64,000 nucleotides of DNA. It comes from an uncultured bacterium (GTDB lineage Bacteria > CSSED10-310 > CALFER01). Positions 53,909 through 63,109 of the stretch are shown piece by piece. The notes beneath the pieces were generated by a model. The model saw only the letters and a list, made by a program, of their open reading frames with translations. It was not told where the DNA came from and searched no databases. Numbering within the stretch: position 1 is the first letter of the stretch; each line of letters opens with the position of its first letter. The position numbers were made by a program, and so were the translations under genes. The stretch covers positions 67,029 to 131,028 of the forward strand of contig CALFER010000038.1 in the NCBI GenBank assembly GCA_937951895.1, in the 5' to 3' direction.

Positions 53909-56383
53909 TCAGGGAGCGCTCTGATTGTCCAGTACACGCTGATAGACCGTATCGGCGATCGCATCGTAATCTCGATCTTCCGGGTACACCGCGGGAAGAA
54001 ACGTCACGCTGATTTTGGACCATATCCGGGGAATGCGGCTTCCTTTCGGGAATGCCTCGAATGCGCCTTTGATGGAAACCGGCACGATCGGGACATTGAG
54101 TTCGCGGCTCAGAATGGCGAATGTGCGTTTGAACGTGTTGAGGCGCCCGTCCCGTGTGCGCGTGCCCTCCGGGAAAATGATGATGTTCTTGCCGTTCTTG
54201 AGCACCTCGCCCAGCTTCTGGAGCGATTGCTTCAGATCCCGGTTGATGTCCATGACGATGACGTTGTTCCGATTGGCCAGTGCTCGGATCCAGCGGTTCC
54301 GGACATGTTTCGCCTTTGCGTAGAAATACGTTTCCTTGAGCACGTTGTATTTCATGAAGATCGCGACGAAGAGCCCATCGATGAAACTCTGGTGATTCGG
54401 TGCGATGATGCATGGGCCCTGTGGGATATTGTCCACTCCTTCGCCTCGCATCCTGAAATAGAGCTTCAACAGCGCCGCTGCGGCACTCCGGAACAGGTTC
54501 ATCGTAAACCACCGTCTGGGCAGTTTGAGTTCGACCTGTTCTTTGAAGATCGCGCCCCAGCGCACGACTTCCACGGCCATCTTCTGCTTCTTTTCGCGAA
54601 GGTATTGCGCGAGTTTCTCGACGGTCGCGTTCTGAAGAAGGGCATCTTCCCGGATGTCGGTTCCGAAGGTCGAATTCAGAAACGTGAGGAGGCTGACCTT
54701 GTCGAGCGAATCCATTCCGAGATCGATTTCGATATGGTCATCCGGACGGATCTCCGAGCGTGTCTGTTCCTTCATGTAATCGCGAATGACCTGATACTCC
54801 TCGAATCCCGGCTCGGGTGCCGCCTGACGATCCCGATTCTGACGCGATTCGACCAGTTCGACGAGTTTGAATCGCTGAATCTTGCCCAGTCGTGTTTTCG
54901 GGATTTCTTCCTTGACGATCGTGTACTGCATGATCCGCTTGGCCGGCGATGCCGCACGATTGTAACGGTCGATGACATCCCATCGGACGAACTCGTCGAA
55001 GTTCAGAATCCCTTTTTCACTGACCATCCGGAAGTTGGGATAAACGAGAGCGTGCAAGGCGTCCCTGTAAAAGAGCACGGCAGTCTCGGCAAGGCAGGGC
55101 GACATTTCGGCCAATTTGGCCTCGATCTCAGCCGGATTGATGTTTTTTCCATTCGGCAGAACGATGATTTCCTTGATCCGCCCCGTGACGTGGATGAACC
55201 CGTTGCTGACATGTCCCACATCACCGGTGTGCAGCCAGCCATCCTGGAGAATCTCGGCGGTTTCCCCGGGCCGATTGTAATACCCCTGCATGATGTTCGG
55301 TCCGCGCGCACAGATTTCTCCGTTTTCGGCAATCCGGATTTCGAGTCCCGGCAACGCTTCGCCCGCAGAGCCGATCTTCCAGCGTCCCGGACGGGTAAAC
55401 GTGATCATGGGAGCCGCCTCGGTCATCCCGAACCCCTCGAGCATCTCGAATCCCAGCGCTTTATAGTCCCGAGCGACATCTTCATCGAGTTTTGCGCCGC
55501 CACAGACCATGTACTCCATCTTTCCGCCCAGTTTCTCGTGCACTTTCCCGAAAACGAGTTTCGATACCGCGCGGACATTGATCAGCCGGATCAGTTTGAA
55601 CAGCAGCCGCGTGACGGTCTTTTGATTGATCTTGTCCATGATTCCTTTGCGGATCAGCGCGTACAGACGCGGGACGCCGATCATGATCGCGATTCCATGA
55701 CCCAGAGTGGCCATGATGGCATCCGAAGTCATCCCCGGGGAGAAGGCGATCGTGGCACCGACAGCCACCGGAGCGACCAGGGTTCCGATCAGCGGGAAAA
55801 TGTGGTGCATCGGCAGGAGTGCGAGAACCTTGCGTTCGGGCGTGAAGATCGGAATCTCGACCGATACGGCATCGATATTGGCGATCAGATTGACGAATGA
55901 CAGCATGACCCCTTTCGGGCTTCCCGTCGTCCCGGACGTATAGATGATGACGGCTGTTTGTTCGGTATCCTCGATCGTCAGTGTGTCCGGGATCGTTTTG
56001 GATATCTTCGGTGAGATATCATCGAAGACCATGATAGTGAACCGGTATGTGAGTCGTTCGCATGCGAGTTTGAGGAGTGATTCGGTATCCCGCGAGCAGA
56101 AAATCACTTCCGGTGTGCAGTCATCGAGAATAAACGCGACTTCATCGGCCGATGCCATGCAATCGATCGGCACGACCACCGCACCTTCCGCCCATCCGGC
56201 AAAGAACGCATAGGCCCATTCCGGGCGGTTGGGTGAAAAGATCGCGATTTTGCCGGGCTTCAAGCCGGCGAACACATCGCGATACTGCGTCATATACCCC
56301 AGCAACTCCCGATAGGATATCCGTTCCTCCTTCCAGATTATGGCGCAGTCGGAACTCGATCGAATGAAATCGTATGAACGCAT
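53909..56383 (-). CDS. Bifunctional acyl-CoA/acyl-ACP synthetase (AMP-binding) fused to C-terminal lysophospholipid acyltransferase (PlsC-like)
   Basis: AMP-binding motifs IIYTSGTTGSPKGVMLS, ...TGDVGHV...GRIKEII. C-terminal acyltransferase motifs HQSFIDG (HX4D) and FPEGTRTRDG. Start MRSYDF at 56383. Confidence 0.8.
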   Translation of the reverse strand: MRSYDFIRSSSDCAIIWKEERISYRELLGYMTQYRDVFAGLKPGKIAIFSPNRPEWAYAFFAGWAEGAVVVPIDCMASADEVAFILDDCTPEVIFCSRDTESLLKLACERLTYRFTIMVFDDISPKISKTIPDTLTIEDTEQTAVIIYTSGTTGSPKGVMLSFVNLIANIDAVSVEIPIFTPERKVLALLPMHHIFPLIGTLVAPVAVGATIAFSPGMTSDAIMATLGHGIAIMIGVPRLYALIRKGIMDKINQKTVTRLLFKLIRLINVRAVSKLVFGKVHEKLGGKMEYMVCGGAKLDEDVARDYKALGFEMLEGFGMTEAAPMITFTRPGRWKIGSAGEALPGLEIRIAENGEICARGPNIMQGYYNRPGETAEILQDGWLHTGDVGHVSNGFIHVTGRIKEIIVLPNGKNINPAEIEAKLAEMSPCLAETAVLFYRDALHALVYPNFRMVSEKGILNFDEFVRWDVIDRYNRAASPAKRIMQYTIVKEEIPKTRLGKIQRFKLVELVESRQNRDRQAAPEPGFEEYQVIRDYMKEQTRSEIRPDDHIEIDLGMDSLDKVSLLTFLNSTFGTDIREDALLQNATVEKLAQYLREKKQKMAVEVVRWGAIFKEQVELKLPRRWFTMNLFRSAAAALLKLYFRMRGEGVDNIPQGPCIIAPNHQSFIDGLFVAIFMKYNVLKETYFYAKAKHVRNRWIRALANRNNVIVMDINRDLKQSLQKLGEVLKNGKNIIIFPEGTRTRDGRLNTFKRTFAILSRELNVPIVPVSIKGAFEAFPKGSRIPRIWSKISVTFLPAVYPEDRDYDAIADTVYQRVLDNQSAP

Positions 56384-56509
56384 GCGGGCTTCCTTTCCCT
56401 CCCGATCCGCGGCAGGATCGGACGGGTGCAGTATATGCAAACCGGTGGCTTGTGGCTAGTGGCTCATTTTATTCGTCGAGTCTGCAAGGCGTCGCGATGC
56501 AGAGATGGA

Positions 56510-59500
56510 TCAACCCTTTCGGAAAATCAGTCCGCCTCCCAACAGGAAACTCAGGGTCAGCAAGAGAAAACCGATTCCAATCGGCCCACTCGTCGGAACC
56601 GGGAGAGGTGTCGGGGTCGGGGTCGGGGTTCCCGGTGGAGTGCTGGGGGTCGGGGTCGGGGTGTTCGCAGGAGTTTCGGTGGGATCAGGAGTCGGTGTTG
56701 CGGCGGGCGGGCAGGGATCACCGATCTCGGTCAGAAACCATGGCGAATAATCGATGTCCCCGAATACGGCATCACCGGTATCACCCGGTCCGTTGCCTGC
56801 CGGGCCATCCTCGTCCCCCCACCAGTTGTCTTCGGCGAACACGGATCCGGCGTGTACGCTGGTCTCGACCTGAAGACCCGCCGCCTGATTGCCGATTATG
56901 TTGTTGAAGCGGACATAGACATTCAGGTTGGGGAACCCGGTTTCGGCTGTCAGGTGGATGCCGTATTCGGTTGCGTTCAGGATGTCATTACAGGAGATTA
57001 TGACTCCATCCGACGTTCCCGGCAGGTAAAAATTCGTGTCATATCCATCGATGGTGTTGTTTGAGAACGTACCGATACTGCCCTCCCGAAGCCAGATTCC
57101 GATTTCTGTTTCAGTCGGATCGTTCTCGATCGCACTGAGACTGAAGCTGTTTCCATCGATCAGCGTCGCCGCGAGATTCTGCCTGAAATTCAACCCTTCA
57201 CCGTATCCGGTGATCGTGTTGTTCAACCACGAAATCGTACCGGCGGATGTGACCCATGTGACCAGAGCGCGGGCATCGTTGGAATCTCCGTTCACGCCGT
57301 CGACGATGTTGTCCGACACAGTCACGACTCGTGATGGCTGGCCCTGGATGGTGTTCAGGTACAGCGCTGCCGAGTTTCCATACTCCGGACCGGGTCTCAG
57401 ATCGTAAATCTCATTGGCATGGACCGTGACGTCTCCATCGAATGGACCACCGACGGCCGAGACCAGCTGGACCTGGATGCCGTAATTGGTGTTGGTAATC
57501 ACGTTTTCTTCGATTGCCGCAGGCGACATCGCGATGATGGCGCGATTGTCCCGACTCGTTCCGCTGACGATCGGTTCATAGAGATTCGTGATCACATTGT
57601 TCAGAATCCGGGGGGGTGCCGGCAGGTTGGAGTATCCGGAGTCGATGAAGCTGCAGATACCATAGGTGACAAAAGACTCCGAGAGCGTGTTGTCCGAGAC
57701 CGTCCCGGAGGCATTTTCCAGGGTGATACCGGTCGGGTTCCAGCCGATCGGCAGATTGGCCGACCGGATGCCGTGAATCGTGTTGTTCGTGATGGTGATG
57801 CCGGTCATGATATCGTACACGCCGATGCAGTAAACGGCGTCACTGTTGTAATGATGGATGTCGCAGTCGAGAACCTTCACGGAAGTCACGACGAGCGGTG
57901 CCGTGCCATCGAAATCTTCGATCATGATTCCCTCATCGCAGATCGATTCGTCACCGGCGAGTTGCAGGGCCTGGATCGTCACGTCATCGGCACCGACAAG
58001 AACATGGGTCATGCTGAGGAAGTAGAAATCCGTCTGAATGCCCGACGGCACAAGGATGGTCGAACTGCTGCCCACTCCCTGCAGAGTCAGGGCCCGGTCG
58101 ATCAGAATGTCTTCCGAGTAAGTACCCGCCTCCACCTGGACCGTTCCGCCGGTGGCAACCCGGCCGATCGCCTCGGTGATTCGCGGACTCGAACCGGTTT
58201 GAACCGATGTATCGTCTGCATGCAGATACGACAGATCGGGCTGAAAACCCGGAGCGATATCGGTATCCGTGCCGGAATGGATCCAGGGGGTGTAGTCAAC
58301 AGGCCCGGTTCCGGATATCATACCGGCCACGTCGACCGGAGTGTTCGCGTTCCACCAGTTGCATGACGCATCGATCGTCAATCCGGCAATGGAAGCGTCC
58401 AGACCTTCGGTATTCTCGATCGAGCTATGGTGGATGGACACCGAGTAGATACTGGCAACAGACGCAGTTTCATACACTTCGAAACCGACCGTATGTCCGG
58501 CAATCAGTTCATTGTCGAACGTGGCCGTGATATTGCCGTCACCATAGGAATAAATGAAATACCCGTAGGAATTCGTCGTGCCATTGCTCAGGATGGCATT
58601 GTGATGACAGTGGGCAGTCAGGGAGGATCCGGCCGAAGCATCCTCGTCCACGAGAATGACTCCCCCTTCGATGTTGTCATGAATCCGATTGTTGAAGGCT
58701 TCCAGGACGATGTCAACATTGCCGGCATATCCGTTCAACTGGTTGCCGACAATCAGACCCTGCTGGTTACCGTAGATCTCGTTGTCTTCGAGTGTCATGG
58801 TCTTGACGATCGGATCGACCACAGTGTTTGTGTAGCAGTTTTCGATGTAAATTCCTCCGGATGCGCTCCCATCGGACAGGGCAGGCGTATCAAATCCATA
58901 CATTTCGTTCGACCGGACCACGGCAACGGATGCGGACCCAAGTTCCATGGCATATCCGAAGTCGTCGAGGGTCTTGTAGAAGAGATTGTCTTCGATCAGC
59001 ATGTCGACATAATCATGAGCCAGAATTCCCAGTCGCCCGCAGTTGATGAAGGTATTACCGGTGACCGAAGCCGAAGCGCGAGCCGCAGGTGTGAATGTCG
59101 GCGCCCGGAAGTAGCTCGTAATCTCTCCGTAGAAACCGGCAGCGTCCGACGCTGACATGTTCTCAAGCACATTGTCCGCAACCGCACCGGTGCTGTCCCA
59201 ATAGAGAATACCGAATTTGTTGTTGCCTTTGATGAGATCAAAATCCATGGTCATCCCGGACAGATCGGTTCCCGTCGAATTCACGACACGGATGGCGCAC
59301 TGTCGGGCCGAACCGTACCCACCGACGTTGAACGGCAGGGTCGTCGCCGGCCGAAATACGACCGACCCGGCTCCCGCCCCTTCTATGCTCAACCCGGAGA
59401 AACCTTCAATGTTCAGCGGGTCCGAGTAGATCCCCGGCCGGACAACAATCGTATCGCCGCTGGCGGCCGCGGCGATCGCAGCGGGGATCGTCGCGAAACA

Positions 59501-59650
59501 GGGACTCAGACTCCCGCACGTCGGGTCGTCATCGTCGACGTACAAAATCGCGGCCGACACCAAGCTGCCCGAGAGGACCGCCCAGGCAACCACGCTCAGG
59601 CCGATCAGCCATCCGCAGTGAAAACGATTCTCGGAGTATACATGCTTCAT
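56510..59650 (-). CDS. Large secreted parallel beta-helix repeat protein with PT-rich linker and C-terminal TM/basic-tail anchor
   Basis: GGAGGTG RBS then ATG at 59650. Signal peptide. Numerous N.I.gN / NNTI / DNTL beta-helix rungs. C-terminus PTPDPTETPANTPTPTPSTPPGTPTPTPTPLPVPTSGPIGIGFLLLTLSFLLGGGLIFRKG. Confidence 0.75.
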   Translation of the reverse strand: MKHVYSENRFHCGWLIGLSVVAWAVLSGSLVSAAILYVDDDDPTCGSLSPCFATIPAAIAAAASGDTIVVRPGIYSDPLNIEGFSGLSIEGAGAGSVVFRPATTLPFNVGGYGSARQCAIRVVNSTGTDLSGMTMDFDLIKGNNKFGILYWDSTGAVADNVLENMSASDAAGFYGEITSYFRAPTFTPAARASASVTGNTFINCGRLGILAHDYVDMLIEDNLFYKTLDDFGYAMELGSASVAVVRSNEMYGFDTPALSDGSASGGIYIENCYTNTVVDPIVKTMTLEDNEIYGNQQGLIVGNQLNGYAGNVDIVLEAFNNRIHDNIEGGVILVDEDASAGSSLTAHCHHNAILSNGTTNSYGYFIYSYGDGNITATFDNELIAGHTVGFEVYETASVASIYSVSIHHSSIENTEGLDASIAGLTIDASCNWWNANTPVDVAGMISGTGPVDYTPWIHSGTDTDIAPGFQPDLSYLHADDTSVQTGSSPRITEAIGRVATGGTVQVEAGTYSEDILIDRALTLQGVGSSSTILVPSGIQTDFYFLSMTHVLVGADDVTIQALQLAGDESICDEGIMIEDFDGTAPLVVTSVKVLDCDIHHYNSDAVYCIGVYDIMTGITITNNTIHGIRSANLPIGWNPTGITLENASGTVSDNTLSESFVTYGICSFIDSGYSNLPAPPRILNNVITNLYEPIVSGTSRDNRAIIAMSPAAIEENVITNTNYGIQVQLVSAVGGPFDGDVTVHANEIYDLRPGPEYGNSAALYLNTIQGQPSRVVTVSDNIVDGVNGDSNDARALVTWVTSAGTISWLNNTITGYGEGLNFRQNLAATLIDGNSFSLSAIENDPTETEIGIWLREGSIGTFSNNTIDGYDTNFYLPGTSDGVIISCNDILNATEYGIHLTAETGFPNLNVYVRFNNIIGNQAAGLQVETSVHAGSVFAEDNWWGDEDGPAGNGPGDTGDAVFGDIDYSPWFLTEIGDPCPPAATPTPDPTETPANTPTPTPSTPPGTPTPTPTPLPVPTSGPIGIGFLLLTLSFLLGGGLIFRKG
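56530..56720 (-). repeat. Pro/Thr-codon low-complexity repeat at 3' end of beta-helix gene
   Basis: ggggtcggggtcggggt reiterations on the plus strand, encoding a PTPTPT linker on the minus strand. Confidence 0.5.
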
Positions 59651-59888
59651 GAGCACCTCCATGGTTTTGCGAACTTCTTCCGGGCGCTCGTGACGCACCG
59701 GAAACGCTATGTCTGAATCGATGATTATTCTTATTTTACTTCAGGTTTCACGGTTTGTCAACGTCGACAGGCCAACTGGAAATGATCTGCATCGCGATCG
59801 AGCGATCACGGGGTATCCCATCGCTTGATTATTTCCCGTTTATCGGGTACAAATCTCTCTCTGTTCAGAGTGTAACCCGGAGGCGACC

Positions 59889-60491
59889 ATGTCGGTTCTC
59901 TTTTTGATTTACATCTGTCTGGCAATCGGCGGATTCGCCATCATGGCGTTTTCGTTTCTGCTGGGAGGCGGTCACGACGGTGACCATGCGGTGGATCACG
60001 CGGATGGACATGAACCCGACCTCGATCATGATCTGGGTGGGATGGAATCGGTCATCGAGGGGGACCATGATTCGGCCGCGCACCAGATTCACTGGTTTTC
60101 GACCAAGGTTCTGAGCGCATTTCTGTCGTTTTTCGGATCGTCCGGCGCTATATTCCTCTTTTACAACATGCGCGCGGTATTCTCGTTCATTTTCAGCCTC
60201 ACCATCGGTCTCGCCGCCGGATACCTCATGAACCTGCTTCTCGAATTCCTGCTCGACCAGCAATGCACCTCGAGTTACCGCGCAGAATCGCTCATTGGAA
60301 GGACCGGCCGGGTCCTGATCCCGATCGGGCCGGGGAAGATCGGTGAAATTGAGGTCGAGTGCAATGGTCGGAATCAGATTGTTCGCGCGCGATCGATCGA
60401 GGGATCCCGCGAAGTGGTAAAAAACGAGCACGTAACCGTTACAGGTATTTCAGGCGGACCTGTTTTACTGGTCAAGCCCGAAGAACCCTGA
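59889..60491 (+). CDS. NfeD-family membrane protein (OB-fold C-terminus)
   Basis: N-terminal TM. His/Asp-rich loop. C-terminal GRTGRVLIPIGPGKIGEIEVECNGRNQIVRARS matches the NfeD OB-fold domain. It lies immediately upstream of the flotillin gene. Confidence 0.75.
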   Translation: MSVLFLIYICLAIGGFAIMAFSFLLGGGHDGDHAVDHADGHEPDLDHDLGGMESVIEGDHDSAAHQIHWFSTKVLSAFLSFFGSSGAIFLFYNMRAVFSFIFSLTIGLAAGYLMNLLLEFLLDQQCTSSYRAESLIGRTGRVLIPIGPGKIGEIEVECNGRNQIVRARSIEGSREVVKNEHVTVTGISGGPVLLVKPEEP

Positions 60492-60512
60492 GAACTCCTC
60501 AAGGAGGAATCT

Positions 60513-62333
60513 GTGGATCAGCTTCAAGGATTGTTTTCGATGGGTAATTTTTTCGTTCTCCTGATGGTGTTGCTCGCCATCGGCGCGTTTATGCTCGCCG
60601 TCAAACTGATGATCGGCAACTACCGCAAAGTCGGAACGAATGAAGCGCTGGTCGTCTTCGGACGGAAGCACAAACGAACCGTCACAGGCCCGGACGGGCG
60701 TTCACAGATTGTCGTGGACGGCTTCCGAGTTATCTCGGGTGGTGCTGCCTTCGTCTGGCCGATCATCGAATCCTGCAAAACGATGCTCACGGGCGCACAC
60801 CAATCCAAAGTGACGGTCAGCAAAGTCGTTACGGCCAAGGGAGTTCCGGTCACGGTCGAAGCCGTTGCGACGTTCAAGATCGATACGGAAGAAAGCATGC
60901 TCTACGAAGCGGCGAAGCGGTTGCTGGATCTGACATCTGAAGAAATCGAGCAGATGACCCGGGAAATTCTCGAGGGCGGCCTCCGAGGCGTCGTCGCAAC
61001 GATGGAAGTCGAGGCCTTGATCAAGGACCGGTCCGCTTTTGCATCGAAAGTTCAGAATGAAGTTGCCGAAGATCTCGCCAGACTGGGCATCCGCATCGAC
61101 AACTTCGTGATTCAGGATATCACCGATGCCGAGGGTTACATCGAAGCGCTCGGAAAACAGAAGACCTCCGAGATCAAGCGGGATGCCGAGATTGGCAAGG
61201 CCGAGGCGACTCGCGATCAGGAAATCCGGGTTGCCGTGGCGATCCAGGAAGCCGCTGAAAAATCCAGTTCAGCCCTGCAGATCGGAGAGATCGCCAAGGC
61301 GGGGTCACGGCGCGCCATCTCGGATGCCGAACGGCTCCGCGATATTCAGATCGCTCAGAACACGGCTCAGGTTCAGGCCGAACAGGCGCGGATTCCGATC
61401 GCGGCTGAGGTTGCGGAAGCCGAGATGTCTCAGAAGCTGAAAGTCGCGCAGGTTCAGGCTGAACAGGCGCGGATTGTGGCCGAAACCGAGTTGCAGCAGA
61501 AAAACCAGAGTCTGAAGGAAGCGCAACTTCAGGTCGAGGTGATCACACCGGCGAAACGAGCGGCGGACGCCAAAGTCATCACCGCCGAGGGCGATCGACT
61601 GGCCGCGGAAAAACTCGGTGAGGCGGCACTGATCAAAGCGACCAAAGACGGAGATGCCGCCAAAGCGACTCAGGCGGCTCTGGCCGAAGGTCGCAAATCG
61701 ATGGCCGCCGCCATTCAGCGAGAACTCGAGGCACAGGCTGCCGGTGAGCAGGCCAAACTGATCGCGCAGGCGGAAGGCGACAAGGCCCGTCTCCTGGCGG
61801 AAGCCGAGGGTATCAAGGCAAAACTGACGGCCGAAGCCGAAGGCGTCAAGGCGAAGTTACTGGCGGAAGCGGAAGGTGTGCTGAAGAAAGCGGAAGCCTA
61901 CGGGCAACTCGATCAGAGCGGCAAATTCATGTTCATTCTCGAAAAACTGCCGCAGATCATCGACGCACTCGGGAAAGCCATCCACGAAGCCGGTATGGGA
62001 ACCTTTGCGCCGATGGCCCAGGCGATCGGCAACGGACTGGCCGGCGTCGACGAAGTCCGCATCATCCAGCTCGGTCCGGATGGAAACAAATCCGGCGCCC
62101 TGGGACAGTTTTCGAACCAGGTCCCCGATATCATCTTCAATCTGCTTCAGAAATCGAATGCCATGGGGCTGATGCCGATCATCGAACAGGTGTTCAGCCG
62201 AGCCGGTATTGATCTGGATCTGCTGAAAAACCCGACCCTCGCAGCCTCGACAGAGGGGACGCCGAAAAACGTCGAGCCGCCAACCCCTCACGTCTCCGAT
62301 CCTGCATCACCCGAATCGACTCCGAAACCATAG
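60513..62333 (+). CDS. Flotillin / SPFH (band 7) domain protein
   Basis: N-terminal TM, SPFH domain (...NEALVVFGRKHKRTV...), long A/E/Q/K-rich coiled-coil flotillin repeats (AEAEGxKAKL...), 606 aa. Confidence 0.9.
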   Translation: MDQLQGLFSMGNFFVLLMVLLAIGAFMLAVKLMIGNYRKVGTNEALVVFGRKHKRTVTGPDGRSQIVVDGFRVISGGAAFVWPIIESCKTMLTGAHQSKVTVSKVVTAKGVPVTVEAVATFKIDTEESMLYEAAKRLLDLTSEEIEQMTREILEGGLRGVVATMEVEALIKDRSAFASKVQNEVAEDLARLGIRIDNFVIQDITDAEGYIEALGKQKTSEIKRDAEIGKAEATRDQEIRVAVAIQEAAEKSSSALQIGEIAKAGSRRAISDAERLRDIQIAQNTAQVQAEQARIPIAAEVAEAEMSQKLKVAQVQAEQARIVAETELQQKNQSLKEAQLQVEVITPAKRAADAKVITAEGDRLAAEKLGEAALIKATKDGDAAKATQAALAEGRKSMAAAIQRELEAQAAGEQAKLIAQAEGDKARLLAEAEGIKAKLTAEAEGVKAKLLAEAEGVLKKAEAYGQLDQSGKFMFILEKLPQIIDALGKAIHEAGMGTFAPMAQAIGNGLAGVDEVRIIQLGPDGNKSGALGQFSNQVPDIIFNLLQKSNAMGLMPIIEQVFSRAGIDLDLLKNPTLAASTEGTPKNVEPPTPHVSDPASPESTPKP

Positions 62334-62337
62334 GGTC

Positions 62338-63105
62338 TCACTCCATCCGCTCCACCGGTGAACCGATTTCGGCGCAGATATACTCGCAGCACGCCCGGGC
62401 CGGTTCAACCGGGAAGCTTGCTGCGATCCCCTCACCATAGAGACTCCCGGCCCGCGCCAGGGTAGCCCGGTGATCCGGATGGACACGCGGGAATGCCCAT
62501 GCGATCCCCTCCCGTTTCGACAGAAACAGGCCATCGTGGAAGAAGGCCCATGCGCGGCAATGATTCAGGACGGCGTAGAGCGGATTCCGGTCGATCTGAC
62601 GGCGCGCCCAGGCGAGATCGACGGCGAGTGCCATTTCGAAGTGACCGGGCGGGACCGGAGGGAATGCCGGCGAGGTCGGTTCGCCATCGAGACAGATTCC
62701 GCGGTGATGCAGCATGGTGATGTGGGCGGCGAGATCCGGGTCGAACAGCGGGTGGCCGTACCAGTGTTTCCAATCGCCGGACAGCAGGTCTTCCGTCGTC
62801 CGGAACCGCCAGTCTTCGCTGTAATGGTAATCGTACGGTGTGGGGTGACGCCAGGGCACGAGTTGCGCGGCGTGCAGGATGGAAAACTCGAGCGGTGACG
62901 GATTGCGGGAAATCGTCAGGGTCGACTCGGCCAGATCCCGCAGCGCATCGATCGGTGCGCGATCGTGCAGCAGCACCAGCAGATCGATGTCGCTGGAGGA
63001 GGGGTTGAAGCAGCCCATGGCCATCGAGCCGTGCAGATAGATGCCTTTGAGACGCGTGCCGAAGATCGAATGGAGTGCGTGTCGGAATGCCGCCAGTTGA
63101 TCCAT
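62338..63105 (-). CDS. Nucleotidyltransferase-domain protein with DUF4111-like C-terminus (ANT(3'')/ANT(9) aminoglycoside adenylyltransferase-like)
   Basis: GIYLHGSMAMGCFNPSSSDIDLLVLL (Pol-beta-type NTase motif hG[GS]...D[IV]D). C-terminal helical domain as in the AadA/ANT(9) family. Confidence 0.65.
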   Translation of the reverse strand: MDQLAAFRHALHSIFGTRLKGIYLHGSMAMGCFNPSSSDIDLLVLLHDRAPIDALRDLAESTLTISRNPSPLEFSILHAAQLVPWRHPTPYDYHYSEDWRFRTTEDLLSGDWKHWYGHPLFDPDLAAHITMLHHRGICLDGEPTSPAFPPVPPGHFEMALAVDLAWARRQIDRNPLYAVLNHCRAWAFFHDGLFLSKREGIAWAFPRVHPDHRATLARAGSLYGEGIAASFPVEPARACCEYICAEIGSPVERME

Positions 63106-63109
63106 CGGG

